Below are positions 1 through 12,721 of a stretch of 64,000 nucleotides of DNA, piece by piece. The DNA lies in assembly GCA_030704615.1 (NCBI GenBank), contig CM060733.1:55490001-55554000 (forward strand), in the 5' to 3' direction. The notes under the pieces are model-generated. The model was not told where the DNA came from. It saw only the letters and a list, made by a program, of their open reading frames with translations, and ran no database searches. Origin of the DNA: Takakia lepidozioides (lineage: Eukaryota; Plantae; Bryophyta). The first letter of the stretch is position 1. Every line of letters starts with the position of its first letter. The position numbers were made by a program, and so were the translations under genes.

Positions 1-750
1 CAGGTTTATTTGCCCTCCTACTTGGTTGGGCGTTTTCGACACTCGTAACACTTCGCCACCATTCCCACACGGTAGCGTGACTATTCTCTTGCGACCATCT
101 ATGACCGCTCCGGATTTGCTCAAAAATGTCAACCCCAAAATGAGATCCACTCCATTGATCTCGCAAATGGTGAAGTTCTTACGTCCCTCCCAACTCCCCA
201 GCTGAAGAGGAACATCGAACGCTCCATCATCCCTTTTATCTCTCCCGAGCATTCCCAATTGCTCAATTCTGTTGGCTATTTCGAATGTCTCCTCCACTGT
301 ATTATGAGGTAACATATCCACTTTCTTTTGTAATTCAGGTCTTAGTCCACTCACAAACCAAGTTTTCTGTAATCCTGGTGCTGGTACTGTAGCCAGCTTT
401 TTCATCATTAACTCCATTTTCTCCATATATTCTTCAACAGTTTCATGCTTCTTTTGCCTTAACTGTTGTAAACTCCCATACACTTCATCCTCAGTTTTGC
501 TTGTCCTAAACTAATTTCGGAATGTTGTATTAAGGCCATTCCAGGTTAGGAAATGATTATTAGGAAACCTTGCATACCATTCACTTGCTTTCTTGATAAG
601 TGAACAAGGAAATAGTCTCATCTTGGCATCATTGCCATTCTCATTGTTCACTATACACATGTGCTCAAATTGCCTGATATGTACATCAGGATCCCATTTT
701 CCTGCATATATTGAAAAAGGTGGTTTTGCCCGTGTTGGAGGTACCGCCAT
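1..750 (-). mobile_element. LTR retrotransposon gag remnant (Retrotrans_gag-like), runs off the window edge
   Basis: ORF 511-750 (YAGKWDPDVHIRQFE...LFPCSL...ASEWY...TWNGL) continues in frame past one stop into LRQKKHETVEEY...WFVSGLRPEL, which is typical Ty3/gypsy gag. Confidence 0.75.
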
Positions 751-1150
751 CTGTGGCCCTACATGAAGGCACCTTCTTCAACACATTTCACCCTGATTTT
801 CCCTCTTGTCAGAATCGGCCTTAAATTTCCATGTTGAAGTTTGCAAGTTAGCTGGTTGAGTGAATCTGGTTTGGAGTGACTTTGACATGCTACTGCCAAT
901 GTGATATTGTCAGCTGCTAGCAGCAAAGGAAAAGATGAATGCATGATTGTGCAGAGGCATGGATAGCTGAAGGAGAAGGGATAGAGTGGGTGAGTGTGGG
1001 TCCAGATTCATCCAAGACGGCCAGATTTCAAGCACTAAAATTACGTATGATCCCCTGTGGAACAATAGCTACAAGAAACCTACATGCGTAGATGGTCAAC
1101 TAGAGGCAATAGCTGCAGCGGCACAGTTGATAAAATCAGGCACCTCAACC

Positions 1151-4100
1151 ATGACCACAGCCTCTGGAAGAGGATCAAGAGAGGGGGTCCACAATGCCTC
1201 TTCTAGTACTTTTGGGCATGTGAAGATGCTTTGTGAGGCAGACAAAGTGAAAGAGGCTCTACAGACTTTAAACCAAGGAGGCATTTCAGCAGATTCAGAT
1301 ACGTATGTCTGTCTTGCATAAGTGCATGAAGATGAAAGGCCTTAAAGCTGGAAAGCAGGTGCACACTCACATTATCCAAAGTGAATTCACGCCAAATGTT
1401 TTTCTAGTCAACACCCTTGTCAACATGTATGTTAAGTGCGGGAGCATCATGGATGATCACCAAGTGTTCAACAGAATGTCTCAACGATCTTTGATCATGT
1501 GGAATATAATGTTGGCAGGATTTACCAAGCATGGGTGGTCAAATCCTCCATGGGTCGTGCCACAAGGTCAAGGCCAATGTGGTGAGGGCACCTTCTTCTT
1601 CTACCTATTTCAGCCTGTTTTGCCCTCTCATCAGACTCGGCCCTGAGATGCATATTGAATTGTCAAAGACAATGTGGTGAGGGCACCTTGATGTGGTGAG
1701 AAAATGATGCGCGAAGGGGTAAAGCCCAACCACATCACTTTCATTTGTGTTTGCAATGCGTGTGCAAGCCTGGGAGCCCTGGAAAAGGGGAAAGAGGTCC
1801 ATGATGACATTGTCAAAGCTGGAATTGTACCAGATGTCATTGTGAACACTATCCTAATGGACATGTATGCCAAATGTCGGTGCATTAAGGATACGAAGGG
1901 AGTTTTCAACACTGTGGCTGAACGAGATGTGGTGTCATGAAACACGATGCTTGTAGGGGTATGCACAGCAGGGACGTGGTAGGGAGGCTTTAGAGACCTG
2001 TGATCAAATGATGGGGGAAGGGGTGAAGCCCGACCACATCACGTTTCTATGCATTTGCAAATGCGTGTGCAAGCCTAGCAGCTCTGGAAAAGGGCAAAGA
2101 GGTCCATGGCGACATGGTCAGAGCTGCGGTTGTACCAAATGTCATTCTGAACAATACCCTTGTGGACATATATGAAGGGAGTGTTCAACAGTATGGCTGA
2201 ACGAGATGTGGTGTCATGGAGTGCGATGATTGCAGGATATGCACAGCAAGGGCGCGGGATGGAGGCTTTGGAGACATATGAGCAAATGATGTGCGGAGGG
2301 GGTGAAGCCCAACCACATGACGTTTGTTTGCATTTGCAATGCGTGTGCAAGCCTGGCAGCCCTGGAAAAGTGCCAAGAGGTCCATGGTGACATTATCAAA
2401 TCTGGAATTGTACCCGATGTCATTCTGAACACTGCCCTGGCGGACATGTATGTCAAATGTGGGTGCATCGAGGATGCAAATGGAGTGTTTGACAATATGG
2501 CTGAACGTGATGTGGTGTCGTGGAGTGTGATGATTGCAAGATATGCACAACAAGGGTGCGGGATGGAGGCTTTGGAGACCTATGAGCAAATGATGTGCGA
2601 AGGGGTGAAAAACAACCACATCACATTTATTTGTGTTTGCAATGCGTGTGCAAGCCTGGGAGCTCTGGAAAAGGGGAAAGAGGTCCATGGTGACATCGTG
2701 CCCTGGTGGACATGTATGCCAAATGTGGGTGCATTAAGGATGCGAAGAGAGTTAATTTCAACACTATGGCTGAACGAGATGTGGTGTCGTGGAACACGAT
2801 GCTTGAAGGGGTATGCACAGCAGGGGCGTGGGATGGAGGCTTTGGAGACCTATGAGCAAATGATGGGGGAAGGGGTGAAGCCCAACCACATCACGTTTGT
2901 GTGCGTTTGCAGTGCGTGTGCAAGCCTAGCAGCCCTGGAAAAGGGCAAAGAGGTGCATGGTTGCATCGCCTGGAATTGTACCAGATGTGATTCTGAACAA
3001 TACCCTTGTGGACATGTATGCCAAATGTGGAGCATCGAGGATGCAGATGGAGTGTTCAACGGTATGGCTGAACGAGATTTGGTGTCATGGAACGCCATGC
3101 TTGTAGCACAGCAAGGGTGCGGGATGGAGGCCCTGGAGACCTATGAGCAAATGATGGGGGAACGGGTGAAGTGCAACCACATCACGTTTCTGTGTGTTTG
3201 CAATGCTTGTGCAAGCCTGGCAGCCTTGGAAAAGGGCAAAGGGTGCATGGTGACATCATCAAAGCCTGAATTGTACCAAATGTCATTCTGGACACTGCCC
3301 TGGTGAACATGTATGCGAAATGTGGGTGCATTGAGGATGCAAAGGGAGTATTTGACAATGTGGCTGAATGAAATGTGGTGTCGTGGAATCCGATGATCGC
3401 AGGATATGCCTAGCATGCGGTTGTCATAGGGAGTTCCTGCAACTATTCGAAGGAATGCAAAAGAATGGCTTGAAGCCGGACAGTATCACCTTTATATGTC
3501 TTCTCTCTGCATGCAGCCACACTGGCCTACTGAATGAAGGAAGAAGCTACTTTGATTCCCTGAGTCAAGATCATGGTGTCACCCCGCCAGTAAAGCACTT
3601 TGGCTGCACGGGGGACCTTCTGGACGAGCGGGACAAGTACATGAGGCAGTGGACCTGATTAATAAAATGCCAATCAATCCAGATGTTGTGGTGTGGAAGG
3701 CTTTGTTTGGTGCCTGCGGAATCCATGGCAATGTGGAGATGGCTGAATGTCTGGCAACATCTATCCTCAAGTGGGATGAACAGGATGTCGCGACTTATGT
3801 GTTGTTATATCAAACATCTATGCTGCAGCTGGCAGGTGGGATGATACTGCAAAGGTGAGAAGAATGATGAAGGTCAGAGGGGTTAGAAAGGAGCCAGATG
3901 ACAAGTTGCATCCCAGAATTAAGGAAATCCATGCGAAGCTGAGAAGATTGTCTGGGCAGATAAAGGAGGCGGGGTATGTGCCTGACACATGCTTTTTATT
4001 GCATGATGTGGAGGAAAGGAATTTTCTCTTTGCCACCACAGTGAGAAGTTGGCCATTGGTTTTGGGCTGATCAACACGACTCATCAAGAATCTTCGAGTG

Positions 4101-4221
4101 TGTGGAGACTGCCACACCTCCACCAAATTCAAAGATTGTTGGCCGAGCAATTGTTGTATGGGACGCTAACTACTTTCCACCACTTTGAAGATGGGATTTG
4201 TTCTATGGTGATTACTGGTGA
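1151..4221 (+). pseudogene. PLS-class PPR protein with E/E+/DYW domain (organellar RNA-editing factor), pseudogenised
   Basis: Repeated P-L-S motifs (ERDVVSW, GVKPNHITF..VCNACASL, LVNMYVKCG), E domain (PINPDVVVWKAL), HSEKLA, NLRVCGDCH and terminal GAT TAC TGG TGA (DYW*) at 4210-4221. Many frameshifts and stops; the PG-box region is deleted. Confidence 0.93.
1704..3400 (+). repeat. Tandem array of about 300-bp PLS triplet units (roughly 6 copies, some with deletions)
   Basis: Near-identical DNA recurs, e.g. 'ggctgaacgagatgtggtgtc', 'ggaggctttggagacctatgagcaaatgatg' and 'gcgtgtgcaagcctgg'. Confidence 0.85.
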
Positions 4222-5037
4222 AGGGATGTTTTCTTGGAAAGATGCTAGTGTCTTGCTTCATCCATTGATCTGTGTAGCTACTCAGACCATCCACCATTTC
4301 CTGATAGTGGGGTCTACCCGGCATAGGTGGGAAGTCAGCCCACAATTGCACTTGACTAAAGGGGTGATTTTTAACTGATTCTGGCGACAGTGGATGGAAA
4401 TCAGAGTGTCGTCCTAATTCTGGGTTTGGGTGGTGGAGCTTCTCCAAAGCGGGGGATGCTAGAGTGTGAGGCTAGCCACGTGAGCCCAGGAGCCTGGCGT
4501 GAGCCCAGGACATGTGGCATGATTTGGGAAGATGCGGCGTCTATTTCCGTGGAAGATGATCCATTACCACATAAACACGTCTTCATCCATATTAACCCTG
4601 CAACCCCAACCCTTGTCAGCCTTAGGGATCCACCTCAACCCCGACAGTGAACCTCGCCATCCCGCCCATGTGCATGATACTGCGCACTGACATCATCCAT
4701 GGGACCATCCATGCATACAACATTCATCCACAATGTACATCCATTTGGGCTTCATCCATCCAACCAAATATTGGTGTGATGGCATATGTCGAATGACTGT
4801 CTACTGGACTATGCACATATTCATCTCTGTTGAATAACTTTTATTGAATGCACGCGGTTGAATTGGAGAGCAATGTTGCGAAGGAAAACACTTTCAAATT
4901 CGTAGGACGCAATGGAGAGAATGTTTCAATTCAGGGATGTGAATTTCATTGTAGTCCGTGCTCATTACAACGGATGGTGGGAAGACAACAACGGAAAATG
5001 GAGAGTGTGTCCCCTCATGTTCCATAAATGAATGCCC

Positions 5038-8000
5038 TCAAGTATATCCGTAGGTGGTGTCAACACTGCTGCTGTTACCACATGAATCTGCTGCACCGCT
5101 AGAAGTACTGCTACCACCTGAAACTGTTGCACTATCATCTATAAAGACCTTTGCGCGGAGGTGCCTGAGCATCTTCCTGGAACTCTGACGCAAGGGTGGG
5201 GGAGAAAGCACAGCTGCTTGCAAATGAGCAATGCCTTCTGTGTAGTCGGGAAGGACATAATCAGGAGGTGGGCTCCAGCACAAGTCCCTCGAGTATATGG
5301 AGGACAGGGGCCACGGGAGAGCGTTCACATTCCTGCAATCAGAAATGCACCATTTGGGTAACAATCAGACAACAGAAGGGGACGCGACAGAGCATATACA
5401 CAAGGATCAAATAGACAGAAAATGAACTTACTCACATGAAAAGTCATTGTCCAGGTCCTTGTTTTCTCCGTCGATGATATCAATTGGCGCAGTGACGTCC
5501 TTCACATTGGAGGTAGACGCGCCCCCTCGCAACTCGGCGAGGAGGCCAGTGAAAATATCTGCATCTCCTTCCATACCAAACAAGTGCCTGCCACCTGCCT
5601 TGCAAGCATGGTAAGAAGCGCCTGCAAGAGACAGAATGAAGGAATTAGAGTTTTAGAATATTGAGTAAAGAAGGTGCAGAAGAAAAGAAATCGATGACAA
5701 AGGCAAGAAGAGAAACCTGTGCCGAGAGTGAGATCTATGATGCGGGCCCTGGCCAAGAACAAGTCTCAATGATCATTTGGATAAAAGCTGGGCTTTTCTC
5801 ATGGGCCCCTCTCCAAGGCATTCCATTTGGCTTTCGCAAACATACGTTGGAGTCAACATAGTTGTAGTGCATGTCGTCGACGACAAGATCGAACCTCTCG
5901 TTTATGAAACATCCTCCCCCATGAAGCTCGAACTCCACCACTGTGGTGGGAGTCAACAGTGGATGTACCCTCACTAGACAGACGGCCTCAAATAGACGGG
6001 TCTGCGATGAAGAGGAGAATAATTAGTGAGGAATGTTTCATAGCACATCTGGGTGGGAGTGCAGACCCATTCCGGATGGAACGGGTTCAGAGTCATTGCT
6101 CATGGACCGCCATAACTGAGTGCGCTGAAGCACTCAATTTAGGCAGTGCGAACAGCATGCCTTCATAACAGGGTATACAGTGGAACTTCAACAGAGAAGG
6201 CATAAAAATAAAGTATTTGAAATCTACCTTCTGCCCTGGGCAATCCCCCTTCGTCAGATATAGGCTGTTGACACAGTTCCAGGTCTTGATAATCCGCATC
6301 CCCGAGGCTTTCAAGTAGCTTGCCAGCTCCCGGCGACATCTCATCGTGATAGATTGCATGATAACAAGAACCTGTGCATTGGAAAGGAAAAACTTGCAAA
6401 AAGAAAACACCCAACTCCAATACCTCTCGTCAAATTTGTTCCAGGTTGGGCAGGTGTCACTGGGCAGAAATATCCGGGACAGGATGCCCGTCCGGAATGT
6501 CCACAATAACCATCTCCGAAGCAAACGGTTTTTGTGCACCATTCACCCAAGATTCCTTCCCCCTCCATGCCTGCAAGCACTATAGCGTGTAAGAAGGGGA
6601 GGATGTTTTATAAGCGACATGTCTGATCCGAGTAAAAATAAAACAAAGAAATCAAAACTCAAACACATGCATGATAATTGATTACCGATTAGAGAAAAGC
6701 ACATAGATTGTCCCACGTTTTGGAAGGATCACCACTGTAACTTGACTTCCGTGTCTCCATCATGGCCAGGAACCCGTCGTTTACCAGCTCGCACATGCCC
6801 GGAAAAACGATTCTGGATGGGTGCTCCATTGCATCGTAGGTCTTTTTTAGACCCTTCTTGTTTCGATCAGGCTTTTTGGCTGGGTGGGGTCTGCACTTGC
6901 TCCGGTTGCACCACGGACTCCTTCTCATTGTCATTCTGATTGTTTTTCTGCCCTTTTCCCTTCCCTTTCCCCTTGTCCTTTTTAGGCTTCACTGGCGTAT
7001 TCTGTGCAAGAGGCTCTTTCTCAGCCAATATCCTCAAGTTTCTCTCGTGCAACTCCTTCTCCGTCAGAGGGGCCAAGGCCTCTGCATTTTCGTTTTGATT
7101 TTGGGTCACAAGCTCATACCAAAGGCATCCAGCGCGTGGGATTTCCATATACCAACAACAGTCTCGAATATGTGAGCTCCTATAATCCTTCAAAATTCTT
7201 GTAGTGTACATTGTCTGGGCGTTGGATGGGTCACACCATAGGTCAATAAAGTGCGAGTGTCGACTCAGGTTTTTTCCTGGAATGAGAACGTTCTGGATGT
7301 ACCTACCCAATCAAAACAGAGGGAATGTTAGTAAGTGAGAATACAGTTTGAGGACCCCTTGACAGCCAGGGCAGGTGTGATTTAGTAGAGGATCGGATGT
7401 TTGTATATAAAATGAAAGGTTGGGAAACACAGAAGTTGCCACCCCTTTACTGAGTGCGTCAGCACATACAATTTTGGGGACTGTTTATTCAACAGAGCAG
7501 GGCTGCAACGACAACGAAACTTCGGGAGACAGTAATGAAGGGTGGATAAAGAGTGACAAGACGAACCTGTACAGAACCTTCTTCATGGCCTGTTCTGATC
7601 CATGCTGCTGCTCGAACTCGTTAGTGCGCGAGATGCCTCCCTCTTTGCCGAACTCCCTGAAGAAGCAAGTGCCGAAGCAAGCTGCTTTCCACTGGCGGAC
7701 ATAGTCTTCTAGAGTATCCGTCGGTGGAGTCATAGTTATCTTATAATCCTTCAACTGCTTCTCCAGCACCAGCTGTGCCCGAGCCTCTATCTGGGCAAGA
7801 ACGATTTTACAATTCAGATAACAGCTTTTTAAGAACAGTAAGTGACTTTTCCTGGTGCGATGCAGTATTGCAGTGGAAATGGAACGGCGAGAGGAAAAAA
7901 CCTGGGCCCAGTACGTGGCTTTGTGCAGCCACATATCGAGAACGTGGTCACTGAATTGCTTTATGACTCCTGTTTCCTTGTTCTTCTCACTCTTCGGAAA

Positions 8001-10837
8001 GCAGTGGTTATCTTTCACTGTCGGGTTGGCGTTCCAAATCTCAAGCCATTTCACTTTCACCTCTGGCTCCACTACGGCAGGGGGTAGGCGATGAAGCTTC
8101 TCCTGCATCATTTCGGGCTTGGTGTTCACGTTCCAGTGGATCCTGACCTGATTCAAGAATTCTGGGCCAAAAGCAGGGTCGGCTATTCCGAGTTGTTTTA
8201 CGAACGTGCTCATGTAGTGCCTCTTCGCCACCTCCATCTCCTTGTTCATAGATTCTTCCATTCCTTTTGAGGATCGCTCCCCTGGGTCTTTTTTGGCATA
8301 GTACTCTACTTTCCCTTTCTCTCCAGCCTCCGCAATCTCTTGCTAAACATTCCAGTATATAACGTATGAGTCAACTGGTATTTTGAATGAACAAGTAGAC
8401 AGAGCTAGGGAAGGAATACTTACGGCGTACATGTAGTCACAGAAAGCCTCCCTGGTCAGCTTGTACCATGTGTCGGCGGATTTGCAGGTCTCGCACTTCT
8501 TGTAAGCCTCAGCACTGATAAGGTTTTTGAAGGTGACCAGTGGCATTTGGCCCACCTTCTGTATCCTGAATAGAATATGGACCAAATTCGTCGTCACGTG
8601 TGCACTTTCGGTTCCCCTACAGTCACAACACAAAACTATGACCTCCTCCTTCACCAGGAAATACAAAACAGACAGAACAAATTGGAGAGTTTTGATGGCA
8701 TGAAGGGTGAGCATTATACTTACTTGTTGATGTCATGCATAGCCGTGAGAAGTGTTGTGATGTTTTCTTTCGGATCCCGCACCATGGACGCCACAAGGTA
8801 GTGCCAGTCCTTGTCTGTGTTGTGATATTTGTTTATGACGTTCATCCAGGCCATGAAGCGGTGATTGCCATCCCAGATATGAAACATTTTCCTGGTGAAC
8901 ACCTGTGTAGACAGTCTCTTCGAAATCTGGGCCTCGAACTCCTCGTTTACTTCTCGCCATATTGGATCCCAGCTTTTCACAATTGACTCGTCCACCAAGA
9001 CCTCCTTTCCACTGGCATCACACAAGGACACGTAAAACACCGGAGAACCCTCTATGTATCCGTGACTAAAATCTTGCTCCAACTTGGACACATCCCCCGT
9101 CAGGGCCGGTCGAACGATTGGCATTGATATTAGGCGGCAGAGAGGGATAAAAATCTTGCCTCCAGGTACCTGCATAGACTTGATCACCTGCGCGGAATTG
9201 ATCTTATGGTACACGAGGACCTTTGCCTCTCGCTCTTCATAGAAAGGATCGTCTTCTTCAACAGGCTTCTCAGTCACTACCTCCTGCTGCTGCTGCTGTT
9301 TCTCAGACTGCAATCCTTTTCTTTTCCTCCCCTGCACCTCCCACAATTATAGCCTTTCCGTCATTCTACAGCTACATTTTCCTGATCTTGCACCTACCAG
9401 AAGTGAGTGCGGTGGTGCACTCACTTTCGAGACTGACAAAGGATCGGAACAGACAAACATCAGTTCTCCAAAACAACATACATAACCCTGCTTTCCTGTC
9501 AACCGGAATTGAGTGCGGTGGCGCACTCATTTTTTGGATACCTTCTAGGACATCTATAAAATCATGTTCATTGCAGGCACTCTATCTCTACTCAGTCAAT
9601 GGCTCCTTTGTCACTTCCTCTTCCACATTATGTGCTTCATTCTAGAGGCATAAACTAAGTGCGCCACCACACTCAAAACTGTACAACTGTACATTCAAAT
9701 AAAAACCGGATTTTCCATCTCACAAATTGACATTTCACTCACCCAAGTCCGCTACAAAATATTGGGTGCGGCAGCGCATTCAATTCCGGACCTCACTCTG
9801 TCTCTCATTCAGTAGATTCCATATCAACTTCGACTTACCTACTGTCTTCAAAGATCTGCGAGTCCGCCACCGCACTCAGTTTCCAGGGTGTTATGATGTT
9901 TTTCCCATGAGTAAAAAATAATGCTTTCCAATTTCCACAAACATTTTTACCTTATGATTCATCTCAGACATCATCAAATCAACCATCTACAGGTGCTCAA
10001 AAAACTGAGTGCGGTGGCGCACTCAGTTCTGGGAGCCCTCCACTCTGTCTACCTGCTTTCTGTTGCGAGCACACCAGGGTCTTTACCTCTGTCCACGAAG
10101 ATGGTCGACCACACCTCAGAACTGAGTGCGCCACCGCACTCAGTTTCCAAGTTAGAGTTATTGTCATTCTAACAACTCAAAATAGATCTCACTTTGAATG
10201 AAACACACTTTCTAACTATCGTTTCACCTCTCTCATAAGCAAATTGACCATTCTATGGTGCTCAGAAACTGAGTGCGGTGGCGCACTCAGTTCTGGGAGC
10301 CCTCCATTCTGTCTGCCTGCTGAGTTCATTGGGGTCTTCACCTCTGTCCATGAAGATTGTCGACCACACCTCAGAACTGAGTGCGCCACCGCACTTATTC
10401 CAGGTTAGAGTTACTGTGATTCTCAGAACTCATGAGAGATCTCACTATGGAATAAATACACTTTCTAACTATCGTTCATCTCACTCAATAGCAAATCAAT
10501 GTTTCCATGGTGCTCAAAAATTGAGTGCGGTGGCGCACACAGTTCTGGAAGTGATAAAGCTCTCCTCAAAACTGAGTGCGGTGGTGCACCCAATTTTCAA
10601 TGGATCTCTCATATCCTGTCTATTCACTTGGTACCACAGTCTTGCGAGATTCATACAGATTGGGAGGAGGATCACCTTGGGTTTGATGACTTCTTCCTCA
10701 GGCCTCACCGCCTCCTTTGGTATCGCTTCTTTCTCAACGACGGTGGTGTCGATGTCCATGTCATGCACATTGGTCTCCAGGGCAGTCTCCTCTCCTTCCC
10801 TTCTTCCCTCCATTTGAGGCTGGACCTCCTCTGTCAT
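5038..10837 (-). pseudogene. Multi-exon gene: ParB/Srx-like N-terminal domain plus beta-class N4C/N6A DNA methyltransferase-like C-terminal domain, frameshifted
   Basis: Phase-compatible GT-AG joins: MHDINK|GTESAH, DYMYA|QEIAE, KVLYR|YIQNV, GQK|TRLF, LGTG|ASYH, FSCE|NVNA. Motifs: IWDGNHR (8858-8872), motif-IV-like EMVIVDIPDG (6487-6501), HEKSPAFIQMIIETCS, motif-I-like IIDLTLGTG (5717-5741), then GRHLFGMEGD. The 5' exons upstream of 9346 are tentative. Confidence 0.72.
9401..10595. repeat. Array of about 11 palindromes/hairpins (AAC)TGAGTGCG-GTGG/CCAC-CGCACTCA(GTT), partly within about 260-bp tandem units
   Basis: Copies start near 9401, 9510, 9657, 9761, 9860, 10003, 10120, 10267, 10375, 10521 and 10570. 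Perfect 11-bp arms at 10003-10028, 10120-10145 and 10267-10292. Tandem units start near 9992, 10257 and 10509. Confidence 0.92.
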
Positions 10838-11118
10838 CTGTTGTGATTCCTGGGTGGCTGCTCATCAGCGCTTTGCAGATTGCGCAACTTTCTTATTCCG
10901 ACTCGCGCGTTTTTTCTCTCTCTCGCACTCGTGTAGTAAAGGGACTGCCTTCTACGTCTTCTTCCTATGTCTTCTCTCTCACTCCCGCAACTCTCCAGCT
11001 TGACTAACAACAATAGAGAAAGTAAGGAACCCTCATAAGCCGTCAGTTATGCATGTGGTTAGCAACGTGCGTGTCTGCCTTCTAACCCCCCAAATGGATC
11101 GCTCTCACTGGCTGCGGA

Positions 11119-11940
11119 TTATTGGGCGCCCCTATTGCCATCAATAAGGCCGTTTTCTTCAAATGTGGATGTTTGGTGGTTTGGATGAAATATTGCGCAC
11201 ATGAGACCTGTCATCCCCTTCTCATACTCGGATTTTGCCTTCTTCGGAAAGAAAACATACATAACATCAAGAACGCCATCTCCGCGTTCATCCGGGGTCG
11301 GATATTTCCCGGACCAAGTGCGATAAGAGTGAAAAGAACGTCGTTTCCAAGTATTGCGATCTTTCTTTATATCATGGAGACTCGCAACCCAGATCCTCTG
11401 TTCTCAAAAGGAGTTCATCTCAGTGTCTATATTGCTTCGTCGCTTCTACTTGTAGGATTTCGGGTGTAGGGGCAGAAAAGAGCCCATTCACAACTCATTG
11501 TATTCATGCCACGATTGTACATGTGATCGTAGTGTGACCATCTCCCACAAGCATTGCCAGGATCATTGGTAGTGGAATGAAGGAAGGTACAATGCTCCTC
11601 TAAGTTGCAAGTTTCACCATGTACTGTAAGAAGCTGAAGGCGTTTGAACATGGAAGACAATGGAATAATAGATGTGCAATGTGACAAGATACCTTCTATG
11701 ATTTCTTGGGTGGCAGCAGGAGAGGTCCAAGTGAAAGCAAGGGTTATTAATCAACACTCTCACCTTCAACTAAGAGCGAGGATTCATGGCAGACAAGTCT
11801 TTCACTCCTCCACTCATTTTGTCACAATTCACAGCTCACCTATTTCCATATTTGCAAACTGTGCAGCTTTGCTAGCCCCTGCCTCATATCTTACAATCGT
11901 CCATGTATGGCAGATGAGCTCCCTCCTGATTTTCTCTTAG
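11119..11940 (-). pseudogene. Degenerate coding region of unknown product
   Basis: Protein-like frames (e.g. RIWVASLHDIKKDRNTWKRRSFHSYRTWSGKYP...GVLDVMYVFF) are interrupted by TGA stops that could derive from CGA. No family recognised. Confidence 0.3.
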
Positions 11941-12321
11941 AAGAGCAACCATTACAAAACCCCAAGTGTACTTCTTCCAATATTAAAATAAGATGCATTT
12001 TAAAGTAATTTTAATTACTAGTACATAATGGTTCTATTTTTGAAAAAACCCCACATGTCAAATCTGCAGATGTGGGAGAACATTGACCATTCGATTTATA
12101 CTTGAAGTTCATCAAGAGCATTTTTTTAAAATGTTTTTGTTGCTCTTCGTTTTTTTTCTAAGTCATTTGTTGGTCGTCATTGTCTTCCTACGACAACGCT
12201 GCAGAGACCCACCCAAAGTAATGAGATAATGCTGAAGCATGTTCACATGTATAGGTTTACATCTTACATGTCCAAGTATATATGTATAGCTGTTCTTTTG
12301 TATGGTGAATCTTTTTTGGGC

Positions 12322-12721
12322 CAATAAAGTTATTCGTTAAGTCCAGGGGATGTACGGTGAATTCGGTCAGTTTGGTCAAAAGATAGGGTGAACAGGGTGG
12401 AAGTGGGCCCACAAAGTACAAGCGAGATAAAGAGGGGGCCAAACTCAAAATAGCAGGAAAAACCAGCCCAAACGTGTTTGATCCCGTCTTCCTCCGCGCG
12501 GCGTCCCGCGCTGAGACACGTGGATGAGCCTGACGCGAGGCCCACGCTCCCATCATAACTGGCACAAGGCCAGGCCACTTTGTTCCTCTCTCGTGCCCAG
12601 TTTACTCGAGTCCTGCCCATTTTACTGGACTTAACAAATAGGCTCAAACTGCCCACCAAAGCCGCATATGGGGATGGATCAGAGGGTGAAAGAGGGCATG
12701 ACTTAACGGATAACTTTATTG
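12322..12721. mobile_element. MITE-like element with about 22-bp terminal inverted repeats
   Basis: caataaagttattcgttaagtc (12322-12343) and gacttaacggataactttattg (12700-12721) are inverted with one mismatch. The interior is non-coding. Confidence 0.55.

Noticed and set aside
7485-7566. Stop codon ending the 258-aa ORF as a stand-alone gene
   Set aside because: The stop lies within a phase-compatible GT-AG intron (7566-7303) of the larger ParB-MTase model.
9401-10595. CRISPR array interpretation of the palindromic repeats
   Set aside because: Spacing is irregular (about 50-150 bp), orientation alternates, the intervening sequences are themselves duplicated, there are no cas genes and the context is eukaryotic.
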